A DNA stretch of 64,000 bases from an uncultured virus (IMG/VR IMGVR_UViG_3300032134_000001) (lineage: Duplodnaviria; Heunggongvirae; Uroviricota; Caudoviricetes): the IMG/VR virus record IMGVR_UViG_3300032134_000001. One strand, given 5' to 3'. This document shows, in pieces, positions 45,714-54,333 of this stretch. The notes below the pieces were generated by a model, which was not told the origin of the DNA, made no database searches, and saw only the letters and a list, made by a program, of their open reading frames with translations. Within the stretch, counting starts at the first letter, position 1; each line of letters opens with the position of its first letter. The translations under genes were made by a program, and so were the position numbers.

Positions 45714-47819
45714 CTACAGGCCGGCACCGCCGAAGACGGTGGCGCCGTAGGCGCCGAAGACGCCACTGACGCCGTCGGGACCGGTCTGGCCGAGAGGGGC
45801 CAGCTCGGGAGCCGACAGCACCTGCTCCTGGGCCTGGACCTGGAGCTGCGAGAACGTGTCGAGCGCGTTCGAGCGGAGCTTCTTGATGACGATGACGCGC
45901 TGCTTGGGCGGCATCGCGGCCAGCTTCTGGACGTTGGCCCAGCCGATCATCTTGATCAGCCAGCCCCAGCGGTGTCCCGGCTTGGAGGCCAGGTGGGAAG
46001 CACCGCCACGGGTTCCGCCCATCCGCTGAACGCGGCGGGTCGGAGCACCGAAGCGCCGGTGGAAGGCACCGCGACCGTTGACGAGGGCCTGGCCCTCACC
46101 GAGGTCGAAGTCGGCCCCGCTGTAGTACGCATCGCCCAGGCTGGCCTGACCGTAGTCGTCGCCTTCCTCTGCGATGGCACCGAGCTGGTAGGCCATGCCG
46201 TCACCGTAGGCATCACCGAAGGTTCCGGTGTTCTCCAGCGCGAGTCCGCTCAGGTCGTCCTCGTAGAAGGCGCCGTAGTTGTCGAGCGCGAGCCCGGCGA
46301 TGTCAGCGTCTTCCGCGCCCTCGTCGTCACCACCGGCAGAGGTGCCGCCGGCGAAGTCGAGGATGGGACCGGCCATGATGATGCCCGTGCCGAGAGCCGA
46401 GCCGTAGGTCGAGAGCATGGGCTGACCCAGCTTCCGTCCCGCGATCTGGCTGATGGCGATCAGTGCGATGCCAGCGATGGTGCCCGAGACGGTGTTGTCC
46501 AGCTCCATGCCGCCGATGACGGGGATGGCATCCGGGACACTGAGGTCCAGGAGCTTCTCACCGATGACCGGGATCTTGGGCAGGAGGTCTTCCACCTTGT
46601 CAGCCACAAAGGCGTGGCCGAGCGCACCAGCCAGGCCCACCAGGACCAGCTTGCCTGCGTCAGCGGCCACGCCTCCGACGAAAGGGACAGGGTTGTCCAA
46701 TGCGAGGGCGCCGTAGTTGTCCAATGCGAGGGCGCCGTAGTTGTCGAGCGCGAGGGCTCCGTAGTTGTCCTGGGCGATGCCGTGCTTCTTGCGGTAGTGC
46801 TTCTTCGGGTGCCGCGGGTTGGCGCGAGCGCCACCCTTGTACATCACCGACAGCTCCTTCATGGAGAGGCCGGAACCCTTGTGGCTCTTGACGAACTTGA
46901 GCCAGGGGTTGTTCTTGGCAGCCTTCTTGGCCGACCGACGACGCTCGGCGGGGGTCCGCACGATCGGCTTGCCGGGGTACTGGGGCTTGAAGCCGCCCGT
47001 GATGAGCGTGCCGGAGCCCTTGGGCTTGCCGGTCTTGTAGTTGTGGCTTCCACCTGCGGCGGCGCCCCAGATGTCGCGGGAGCCCATGCGCTTGGCGCCC
47101 GGGTTCTTGCGAGCACGGACCGAGGCTTCGGCATCGGCCGGGCCGCCCCAGTAGGCGAGGCCAGCCTTGCGACCGACGCGGCCGGCGTTGTAGCCACGCG
47201 ACGTGACGCGGTCGACGATGACCGGCTGGCGGGTCACGTGACCGCGCTTGGTCTTGTAGCGGCGAGCGGGCCCGAGGGTCCGCTTCTTGCCCCACTTCAT
47301 GCGGCCGGCGGCCGTGGTGTGGAAGCGGTCGGAGTAGCCGGGGCGTCCGGTGAGGTCCATCTGGACGAACACGTCGATGACGGCCTGCTTGGCGGCGCGG
47401 CGAATGTCCGGGTCACCCTTGGGGAGACCGGCGTAGAACTTCTTGCGCTGGGCCTTGCTCATGCCCTTCAGCTCTGCGGAGGGCTTGCGGGCGAACTTGC
47501 CGCGGTACTGACCCTTGGCACCCTCGCCCCACTTGCTGGCGGCGGAGGTCCACTCGGCCACGAGCTTCGCAGCGTTGTGGTCGATGTAGCCGTAGGGATC
47601 GTTCGATCCGTAGGCTTCTTTGGTCAGGATGCGGGCGATCTTGTTGACCCGACGGTGGTCGTTCGGGTTGCGACGTGCGGATGCCATTTGGGACTTCCTG
47701 GGATTGGAGATGAGGATCGCCCCGTGGAGAGGCATGAAGTTGGAACTTGACGCGGCCACGGGGGCCTCCCTCCTCAGGGTGTCTTCAGCAATCTCTCGCG
47801 TGGCGGCCCATTTGTCCAT
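45714..47819 (-). CDS. 701-aa core/membrane precursor: basic RxNP-punctuated half, DNYGALAL repeats, hydrophobic segments, acidic YG-rich region
   Basis: ISNP, RRNP, RKNP, KNNP, RANP, LDNP; immediately upstream of the capsid candidate. Confidence 0.75.
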   Translation of the reverse strand: MDKWAATREIAEDTLRREAPVAASSSNFMPLHGAILISNPRKSQMASARRNPNDHRRVNKIARILTKEAYGSNDPYGYIDHNAAKLVAEWTSAASKWGEGAKGQYRGKFARKPSAELKGMSKAQRKKFYAGLPKGDPDIRRAAKQAVIDVFVQMDLTGRPGYSDRFHTTAAGRMKWGKKRTLGPARRYKTKRGHVTRQPVIVDRVTSRGYNAGRVGRKAGLAYWGGPADAEASVRARKNPGAKRMGSRDIWGAAAGGSHNYKTGKPKGSGTLITGGFKPQYPGKPIVRTPAERRRSAKKAAKNNPWLKFVKSHKGSGLSMKELSVMYKGGARANPRHPKKHYRKKHGIAQDNYGALALDNYGALALDNYGALALDNPVPFVGGVAADAGKLVLVGLAGALGHAFVADKVEDLLPKIPVIGEKLLDLSVPDAIPVIGGMELDNTVSGTIAGIALIAISQIAGRKLGQPMLSTYGSALGTGIIMAGPILDFAGGTSAGGDDEGAEDADIAGLALDNYGAFYEDDLSGLALENTGTFGDAYGDGMAYQLGAIAEEGDDYGQASLGDAYYSGADFDLGEGQALVNGRGAFHRRFGAPTRRVQRMGGTRGGASHLASKPGHRWGWLIKMIGWANVQKLAAMPPKQRVIVIKKLRSNALDTFSQLQVQAQEQVLSAPELAPLGQTGPDGVSGVFGAYGATVFGGAGL
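46692..46770. repeat. 24-bp tandem repeat x3 (plus partial) encoding DNYGALAL
   Basis: GTTGTCCAATGCGAGGGCGCCGTA twice, a variant third unit; related copy near 46270-46295. Confidence 0.9.
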
Positions 47820-47890
47820 GTAGCAGAACTGGATTCCTTCAACATGGGATGCTACAGGTTGTGCTACAAACTCACGGATGGAGGTCGAGC

Positions 47891-48136
47891 ATGGCTAAAG
47901 AGCTGGTAGGGCATCACCTCCTGCGAGTACGAATCCGCCGCAGCATCTTCGAGAAGCTACAGGCGACCGCATTGGAAGAGTCCCAGCGAACAGGCGACCA
48001 CGTGACGGTCAGCGACCTGGTCCGGGCTGCCTGCTACAACTACCTGCTCATCCACGAAGCGGTGCAGAAGCTGGAGAACAGCCCGCCCGAGGAGATCGGG
48101 GACGCTGTGCTGGTCATCACGAGCCCGATGCTCTGA
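47891..48136 (+). CDS. ribbon-helix-helix-like DNA-binding protein
   Basis: LRVRIRRSIFEKLQ...TVSDLVRAAC; GGAGG SD. Confidence 0.6.
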   Translation: MAKELVGHHLLRVRIRRSIFEKLQATALEESQRTGDHVTVSDLVRAACYNYLLIHEAVQKLENSPPEEIGDAVLVITSPML

Positions 48137-48139
48137 GGC

Positions 48140-48508
48140 TCAGTCTCGGCTGCTGCTCACGAAGCCCATCACGACCCCGAAGAGCACGACCGGCCAGAAC
48201 CACTCCTTCTCGTAGAAGGGCTGGGGCTCATCGTGAAGCGGCGAGGAGTCGCCTTCCTGCCCGCTGGTGATCAACACCATCTCCTTGTCCCCGACGGGGA
48301 GGGGGGAGAGACCGGGGGAAGTCGCTTCTTCTGCCCGCCGCTTGGCCGCAGCTGCATGGCGGCCCGGGTGCAGGCTCGCCCACGAGATGTCGTTGCCGAC
48401 GAAGGGGATGGGCACCGACGCTTCCGCGCGGTCCGCCTCGAAGAAGTCCCACGAACCAGTCTCGGCCGTCAGGGGCCCCGAGTAGCCAGACGGCTGGAAG
48501 CTCGACAT
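48140..48508 (-). CDS. tail-anchored membrane protein, FQPS leader
   Basis: MSSFQPSGYSG...PFYEKEWFWPVVLFGVVMGFV. Confidence 0.65.
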   Translation of the reverse strand: MSSFQPSGYSGPLTAETGSWDFFEADRAEASVPIPFVGNDISWASLHPGRHAAAAKRRAEEATSPGLSPLPVGDKEMVLITSGQEGDSSPLHDEPQPFYEKEWFWPVVLFGVVMGFVSSSRD

Positions 48509-48510
48509 GC

Positions 48511-49068
48511 TCAGTCCTTCAGCAGGATGACGGCGGTTCCGAGGAGCAGGATGGTGCCCGAGACAGCCACCGGGATGAACCAGGGCTGCTTGTAGAAGGG
48601 CGTGTCTCCGAACGCGCTGCCCGTGTCGAGAGCCGACTGGCCCCCTCCGGTGATGGCCGCGATGGCCGCAGCGGGGGCGGGAGTGGAGGTGCTGCCACCC
48701 TTCTCGACGTTGTGATAGAACCATTTCGCTGCCGACTTCACAGCGGCGGCAGACTTGGGCGCACCCACAGAAGTGGCCCCGGCCTTGATGTCCCCGAAGT
48801 ACTTCGCCAGCTTCTTCGGGTTGGTGACCTTCGATGCTTCTGCTCGCATCGACGCGAGGTTGGCTCGGGTCTCGCCATCAAGGTGGCCGCGCTCAGCTTC
48901 GACAGCCCTGCCGACGTTGGCGAGGAAGCTGCTCATGCCCGCTGCCGTCGTCACCTGGGCCCCTGCGATGTCAGACAACCGAGAGTCAAGGCTCGGGTTG
49001 AGCTGTGCCGCCGTGGGGAGCCCGATCAAGGACTGCCTGTGGCTGTAGGGAGATGGTTGGAAGCGCAT
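48511..49068 (-). CDS. tail-anchored membrane protein, FQPS leader
   Basis: MRFQPSPYSH...PFYKQPWFIPVAVSGTILLLG. Confidence 0.7.
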   Translation of the reverse strand: MRFQPSPYSHRQSLIGLPTAAQLNPSLDSRLSDIAGAQVTTAAGMSSFLANVGRAVEAERGHLDGETRANLASMRAEASKVTNPKKLAKYFGDIKAGATSVGAPKSAAAVKSAAKWFYHNVEKGGSTSTPAPAAAIAAITGGGQSALDTGSAFGDTPFYKQPWFIPVAVSGTILLLGTAVILLKD

Positions 49069-49092
49069 GGCGTGTCCTCGAAGAGTGCTGTC

Positions 49093-49147
49093 AGGGTAGC
49101 TCAGCGCAGGGGAGCGAGCCGCCGGAGGGCTGAAGGTCGAGTGCTAC
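49093..49147 (-). promoter_or_regulatory. putative late promoter GTAGCAC(49147)...TACCCT(49098)
   Basis: 49-nt offset; GAGCTACCCTGA identical to the 16309 site. Confidence 0.7.
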
Positions 49148-49216
49148 CTCGCGGGGCCGTGCTCTCGCTTGACCGGAAGCCCCGCGCCGCGCCTGCTGCC
49201 TCCCGTGCCTGCTTGA

Positions 49217-49867
49217 TCAGTCCGTGATTCCCGGGGTTGGGGACGTGTAGTTGCCGCCGCAGATCCAGAGCCGGCCCTTCGCGTCGCAGCAGAGGATGGG
49301 GAAGTAGCAGCTCATCTCGCCCATGCGGTGGATGTAGAAGCTCGGCCCGTCGTCCTTCTTGTTGGTGTAGTAGACGACAGCGGTCATCACGCCGACGGGC
49401 TTGGCGCTGACGCGAGGGTAGCCGCCCCGGGCGTGTCGACCTCCGGCCAGCAGGGCCCATTCGGAGAGCTGCCGGGCGCCTACGCTGTTGTCACCCCAGA
49501 AGCGACCGGCCAGGCTCTTCCTCGCCTGCGGCTCGATGAGCATGTACAGGCGGTCGTCGGGATGCTCGGGGTCGAAGACCAGCTGGTTCTGCGCGGCCGA
49601 CGACTGAGTGAAGGCAATGGTTGTGTCCCGCCGCCTGCGCGGGTGCGTCCCGTCCTGGCTGGCGTTGGGGGCTCTGACGTGGATGCGGGCGAGGTTCCCG
49701 CACTCGATCAGCACGCCCTCGGGGTAGTCGGGGTCGTCCCACTCCACGAGCTTGAGCTGGCTGTCGAACTCGTCTGGTTCGTACCACTTCCAGTCCGCAG
49801 CCATCGTGCGGCCCCGCTCGTACTGCTTGGGGGTGAGCTTCCCGCGGTTCTTGCGTGCCTTCTTCAT
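49217..49867 (-). CDS. soluble globular protein of unknown function in the membrane-protein cluster
   Basis: Start MKKARKNRG by ATGA overlap; YIHRMGE...PIL...GRLWICGGNY...GITD. Confidence 0.65.
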   Translation of the reverse strand: MKKARKNRGKLTPKQYERGRTMAADWKWYEPDEFDSQLKLVEWDDPDYPEGVLIECGNLARIHVRAPNASQDGTHPRRRRDTTIAFTQSSAAQNQLVFDPEHPDDRLYMLIEPQARKSLAGRFWGDNSVGARQLSEWALLAGGRHARGGYPRVSAKPVGVMTAVVYYTNKKDDGPSFYIHRMGEMSCYFPILCCDAKGRLWICGGNYTSPTPGITD

Positions 49868-50946
49868 TCTCGATTCCTCACGTGCCCGATGACTGCCGAG
49901 GTGGCGACCAGAGCAAAGGAGATGCCCCCTGCCCACGCCAAGACTGTCACGGCACTAACGATGTCTTGGCCCTTCATCTCGCCCACCTTGACGGCGACGG
50001 ACTCCTGATAGGCCAGCTTGGCCTTCTCCTGCGCGACCTGAGCCTTGATCGCTTCGGACTCCTTGTCGAAGCCCCACTCCTCCAGGTTGGCCTGGAGCTT
50101 CTGCTGAAACTTACCGGCTGCGCCCTTCGCGATGGACTGCTTGACCGCAGCCCCGGCGGAGATGGCTCCTGTGACCAGAGCTGCCCCCTCCAAGATCGCA
50201 GCCACGGGGAGTGTGACAATGGCGGTCACCACGGAAGCCGACGCCGCGGCACTGGTGCCGGCTGCGATGTGGAGACCTGCCGAAGCGGCCCCCGTTGCGG
50301 CCGACGTGATGGCGGACCGCTTCATGCTGGCCCCCAGCATGGGGAGGGCTCGGGCAGGCCAGGCGACACCCTCAAGCTCGTGTCTCTGGACGATGCGGCG
50401 GATCTCCCCCGACGCTTTCTTGAGTGAGCCGTGGAAGTTCTTGCCCGTCGCCTTCGCGGCGACGCGGACCAGCTTCTTGTCCTGGGTGGTGCTCTGCTTC
50501 ATCTTCTGCGGCAGCGACTTGACGTTGATGTCCTCGTAGCCCTCGATGCCCGCGAGCTGGAGGGCGGTGAGGCCACCGAGGACGGTGCCGCGCCACTCGC
50601 TTCGGATCTGTGGGCGGGAGGGGCGGTACCCCCGAGCTGCTCCGGTGAGGCCAGAGCCGCCCATTCGCTGCCGCCGATACCAGGGGAACTTCACGGACCA
50701 GAGCTTCTTGTAGGTCGACTTCGGGTGGAGGCTGGGCCTCCGGCCCTTGGCCTTGGCCTTCAGCACGCCGGCCCTGTACTCCAGCCGGTCTGCCGCCTTC
50801 TTGTTCCCCCGCTTCCGCTTGCGCTTGGCGCGCTTCAGCTTGTTCTTGGCGCGGCCCTTCTTGCTCCAGATGTTCTGGAGCCAGCCGTGGTACTCGGCCT
50901 CCGACGCGAAGCTGTGCTCAGAGGGGTGGAACTCCAGCTCATACAC
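49864..50946 (-). CDS. basic membrane protein, FHPS leader (paralogue of 50939..51940)
   Basis: GTG start MYELEFHPSEHSF; EWRGTVLGGLTALQLAG; C-terminal TM. Confidence 0.7.
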   Translation of the reverse strand: MYELEFHPSEHSFASEAEYHGWLQNIWSKKGRAKNKLKRAKRKRKRGNKKAADRLEYRAGVLKAKAKGRRPSLHPKSTYKKLWSVKFPWYRRQRMGGSGLTGAARGYRPSRPQIRSEWRGTVLGGLTALQLAGIEGYEDINVKSLPQKMKQSTTQDKKLVRVAAKATGKNFHGSLKKASGEIRRIVQRHELEGVAWPARALPMLGASMKRSAITSAATGAASAGLHIAAGTSAAASASVVTAIVTLPVAAILEGAALVTGAISAGAAVKQSIAKGAAGKFQQKLQANLEEWGFDKESEAIKAQVAQEKAKLAYQESVAVKVGEMKGQDIVSAVTVLAWAGGISFALVATSAVIGHVRNRE

Positions 50947-51940
50947 TGCGGCCACGCCGGACCCACCACACCAGGCCCCCCACGAGCAGGACCCCGGAGA
51001 CTGCCGTGGCGATCTGGAGCTTCCGGCCCAGCGCCTTGCCCTCGATCTCGGCTTCCTGCTTGGCGACCTCGGTGGCAGCAGCAACTTCCTGCTTCATCGA
51101 GTCGGCCTGCATCCGAGCGAGCTGAACGGACTGCTGGACCCCGGCCTTCTCCAGCCCGCGAGCTGCCTTGTCGGTGAAGGCTGCCGTCTCCTTCTTGAGC
51201 AGCGCCCCGTGGGCGGACTCTTGGGCGGCGATGGCCATGGGGATGAGGCCGTAGGGCATCGGGACGATGGCGGTGGCCACCCCGGCCCCGGCTGCTCGGA
51301 CTGCTGCGCTGATGACAGCAGGCTGGATCATGATGAGCGCCCGGTAGTTCCAGGCCACGTTCTCCAGCTTGTGCTGAATCACCTTGGCGCGAATGGCCTC
51401 GGCAGCTGCCTTGAGGCTCTTCTTGCCCGCCAGGGCCATCAGCTTGGGGTCGTACTTGTTGCTCGGCGCGAGTGGCACCTTCACCTTGGTGAGGTCCAGC
51501 TCGGCGTAGCCGGGCACGCCCGCGGCCTGAAGCGCTTGGAGCCCGCCCAGGATGGTCGAGCGCCACTCCCGGTTCTGGAACATCGCAGGCGGTCGGGAGC
51601 CCTTGGCGATGGGCTGGCTCAGCTTCTCGTAGGCCATCCCGCCGACGAAGGTGTAGGCGACGGCCTGCTTGGCAGTGCTGGGCCGGTCGCCCCAGGGGTA
51701 CTTGGACGCCCACAGTGCCCGTGCCTTGGACTTCTGCGTGAGCTTCTTGAACTTCTTGCCCGACCTTCGCGCGTCGCGACGAGCCTCTCGGGTCGTCTGC
51801 CGCTCCTGCCGGGCCTCCTTGCCCACGAAGCCCTTGACCCGCTCCTTCAGCTTCAGCTCCATCTTGCCGTAGTCGCCCAGGTACTCCGCCTGGCGGGCAC
51901 CGGGGGGCACGAAGCTGTGGGGGGAGGGCTGGAACTGCAT
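50939..51940 (-). CDS. basic membrane protein, FQPS leader + DYG
   Basis: MQFQPSPHSF...LGDYGK; EWRSTILGGLQALQAAG; C-terminal TM. Confidence 0.7.
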   Translation of the reverse strand: MQFQPSPHSFVPPGARQAEYLGDYGKMELKLKERVKGFVGKEARQERQTTREARRDARRSGKKFKKLTQKSKARALWASKYPWGDRPSTAKQAVAYTFVGGMAYEKLSQPIAKGSRPPAMFQNREWRSTILGGLQALQAAGVPGYAELDLTKVKVPLAPSNKYDPKLMALAGKKSLKAAAEAIRAKVIQHKLENVAWNYRALIMIQPAVISAAVRAAGAGVATAIVPMPYGLIPMAIAAQESAHGALLKKETAAFTDKAARGLEKAGVQQSVQLARMQADSMKQEVAAATEVAKQEAEIEGKALGRKLQIATAVSGVLLVGGLVWWVRRGRSV

Positions 51941-52399
51941 CTACTTGAGCTGCGCCTGGAGGAGGCGGCGCTGCATCTTCTCAGTCTTGGTCTTCTGGCG
52001 GACGTAGTTGCCAATGAGCAGGGCAGTCAGGGCACCTGCCGCGAGCAGCACAGCGCCGCTGATCTTGCCCGCCTGGGTGGTGATGACCGCAGCCCTTTCC
52101 TCCCCGACCAGCTCTTCGAGCGCCCGGATCTCGGCCTGGAGGGACCGGATCTTCATCGCGTAGATGTTCCGCAGGAAGGAGCTGGGCGCCTTGTTGTACA
52201 TGTTGGTGTAGTTGGCGAGCGCCGCCTTCTTCTTCTCGTACTTCTCGCGCGGGTCACCGCCGAAGAGGAGAGCCGAGATGGCCGGAGCGTACTGCTCCAG
52301 AGCCTGTGCGGCCTGCTGCTGACTGCCGCCGTCCGCGGCCTCATCTGCACCGTAGGCACCGGCCACGTCGCCATAGTCGCTGGGGATGAAGTGGCTCAT
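51941..52399 (-). CDS. membrane protein, FIPS leader + DYG/AYG
   Basis: MSHFIPSDYGDVAGAYG; C-terminal TM. Confidence 0.7.
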   Translation of the reverse strand: MSHFIPSDYGDVAGAYGADEAADGGSQQQAAQALEQYAPAISALLFGGDPREKYEKKKAALANYTNMYNKAPSSFLRNIYAMKIRSLQAEIRALEELVGEERAAVITTQAGKISGAVLLAAGALTALLIGNYVRQKTKTEKMQRRLLQAQLK

Positions 52400-52866
52400 T
52401 CGTACTCGTCCTCGTACTCATAGTCGTAGTCGTCACTGCCGCCGCGACGGACTGCGACGACCGCTGCTGCGATGAGGCCCACGGTCATGAGGACCCCACC
52501 CACAACGAGGAGAGTCTTGGTGGTGCCGAGGCTCGCGACGGCAGCAGCAGCGCGGTTCGCTGCACCCTGAGCCAGCGACTGTTCGGTCTGGAGAGCCAGC
52601 AGCTTCTCCTGCTGCTTCGCGAGCTTCTGCTCGTGCTTCTGCTGTGACTTCAGCGCGGAGGCCTGGAAGCCCATCGTGATGCCAGTCGAAGCCAAGGCGC
52701 CGACGGCGGAGATCCCCGCAGCCCAGGCGTCAGCCTTGGCTCCCGCAGCTTGGGCCTGCGCCAGCTCTGTCTGTGAGGGCTGGCCGATCGTAGTCGCGTT
52801 GAACAGCTCCTCGGTGGGGTTCCGAAGAGCGTTGGCGCCCGAGTAGGGGGAAGGCTGGAAGCTCAT
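52396..52866 (-). CDS. tail-anchored membrane protein, FQPS leader (paralogue of 52863..53249)
   Basis: MSFQPSPYSG..LRNP; SQQKHEQKLAK...LQTEQ. Confidence 0.7.
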   Translation of the reverse strand: MSFQPSPYSGANALRNPTEELFNATTIGQPSQTELAQAQAAGAKADAWAAGISAVGALASTGITMGFQASALKSQQKHEQKLAKQQEKLLALQTEQSLAQGAANRAAAAVASLGTTKTLLVVGGVLMTVGLIAAAVVAVRRGGSDDYDYEYEDEYE

Positions 52867-53249
52867 TCTTCGTAGTCCTCCTCGTAGGTAGGCGGGCGGC
52901 GGTTGATGACGATGGCCCCCGCGATCATGCTCACCCCGACGAGGACCGCGGCGACGAGGAGGAGGGTCTTCTTGGACCCCCCTTCTTCGAGAACCCCAGC
53001 CGCCCGTGTGGCGGCCACCTGGGCCTCAACCTGCTCGGTCTGGAGACGGATCAGCTCCTCTTGCGCCTTGGCCAGGCCCTTCTCGTGCTTCTGCTGAGAC
53101 GCTTGGGCCTTCTTCCCGGCCGACACGCTGATGCCCGTCGCAGCAAGCTGACCAGCGACACCGATTGCCACTCCTACGACCTGAGCCCAGCCGTAGTCCC
53201 CGGAGTCCGAAGCAGGCCCCGAGTATGCCGATGGCTCGAAGGCCCGCAT
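52863..53249 (-). CDS. tail-anchored membrane protein, FEPS leader + DYG
   Basis: MRAFEPSAYSG...GDYGW; SQQKHEKGLAK...LQTEQ. Confidence 0.7.
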   Translation of the reverse strand: MRAFEPSAYSGPASDSGDYGWAQVVGVAIGVAGQLAATGISVSAGKKAQASQQKHEKGLAKAQEELIRLQTEQVEAQVAATRAAGVLEEGGSKKTLLLVAAVLVGVSMIAGAIVINRRPPTYEEDYEE

Positions 53250-53252
53250 CCG

Positions 53253-54068
53253 CTACTCCTCGTAGTCGTCGTCATCGTCTCGCGTGGCCAGGTACACCCC
53301 GCCGCCGATCAGGCCGAGGACCACGACGCCGCCGATGATGACACCCCAAGGGGCTCCGCCTCCGCCCGTGTCCTCGTAGGTCTCCTCCTCGAAGGTGAGG
53401 TCTTCCTGCGGGCCGAGGATGGACATGAGAGAGGGGAGGAGCTGGGCCGCAGCAGCGCCGATGCCCGCTCCGATGCCCGCACCTGTCGCTGCACTCTTGG
53501 TGGAGCTGGACGAGCTGCCGGAGGAGCCGCCACCCATGAGACTGGCGAGGAAGGAGTTGGCACCACTGCTGGAACCCCCCGCGTCTCCGGGGTGGTCGCC
53601 GTACCACTTGGCGACCTGCTTGGCGCCGGCGTGCGTCGGACCCCAGTGATCGCCCGTGTACTTCTGGCCCTTGGGGCCCACCACGTCCACGGAGTTGTCA
53701 GGGTGCTGCTTGTAGGTGTAGCCGTCGCCCGTGCCTGAGAGCAGGCGAGGCTCAGCCGGAGCCGAGGACGCACTGCTCGTGGAGCTGCTCTTGTCCTTCT
53801 TCCCGAACAGGTTCGCGAAGAAAGCGGTCTGGTCGGTCTTGTCCGCCTTCCGGTCTTCCTTCTTCTGGGCCTTCGCCTCGGCGGCTTCGAGCTTCTCCTC
53901 GTCCGTCTTCTTCTTGAAGATGTCGAAGAGACCGTCGTAGTCGTCCGGGTTGTGGATCGCCTCCATGGTCGGAGCATCCTCACCGACGCGCTGCTGCACC
54001 TTGCCCGGAAGATCGCCAAAGCCGGGCGGGAGGAAGTCCGAGGAGATGCTGCCGAAGTTGTCGTTCAT
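53253..54068 (-). CDS. tail-anchored membrane protein with DNFG/DYDG leader
   Basis: MNDNFG...HNPDDYDGLFDIFKKK; C-terminal TM then acidic tail. Confidence 0.7.
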   Translation of the reverse strand: MNDNFGSISSDFLPPGFGDLPGKVQQRVGEDAPTMEAIHNPDDYDGLFDIFKKKTDEEKLEAAEAKAQKKEDRKADKTDQTAFFANLFGKKDKSSSTSSASSAPAEPRLLSGTGDGYTYKQHPDNSVDVVGPKGQKYTGDHWGPTHAGAKQVAKWYGDHPGDAGGSSSGANSFLASLMGGGSSGSSSSSTKSAATGAGIGAGIGAAAAQLLPSLMSILGPQEDLTFEEETYEDTGGGGAPWGVIIGGVVVLGLIGGGVYLATRDDDDDYEE

Positions 54069-54331
54069 GATGCGTCCTGCCCACCTGTCAGGTTGATGAT
54101 GACCCCGGCCAGGAAGCGCGAGGCCGCCACAGCTGTGTCGTGGTCGAGCATGGGCTTCCCGCCGACCTTCGGGTTCCACCCCTCCATCTTCCCATGGATG
54201 AACAGGGACAGGATCTCAGGCGAGACCTCTGCGCCAGTCGCCCTGAGCATGACGTAGTGGTCCATCCCTTCCTTGAAGTAGGCGCCCAGCTTGGTGAGCG
54301 CGGGGAGGAGAGAGCCGAAGGACACCGCCAT
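54065..54331 (-). CDS. hypothetical protein
   Basis: Coupled to both neighbours. Confidence 0.55.
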   Translation of the reverse strand: MAVSFGSLLPALTKLGAYFKEGMDHYVMLRATGAEVSPEILSLFIHGKMEGWNPKVGGKPMLDHDTAVAASRFLAGVIINLTGGQDAS

Positions 54332-54333
54332 GA

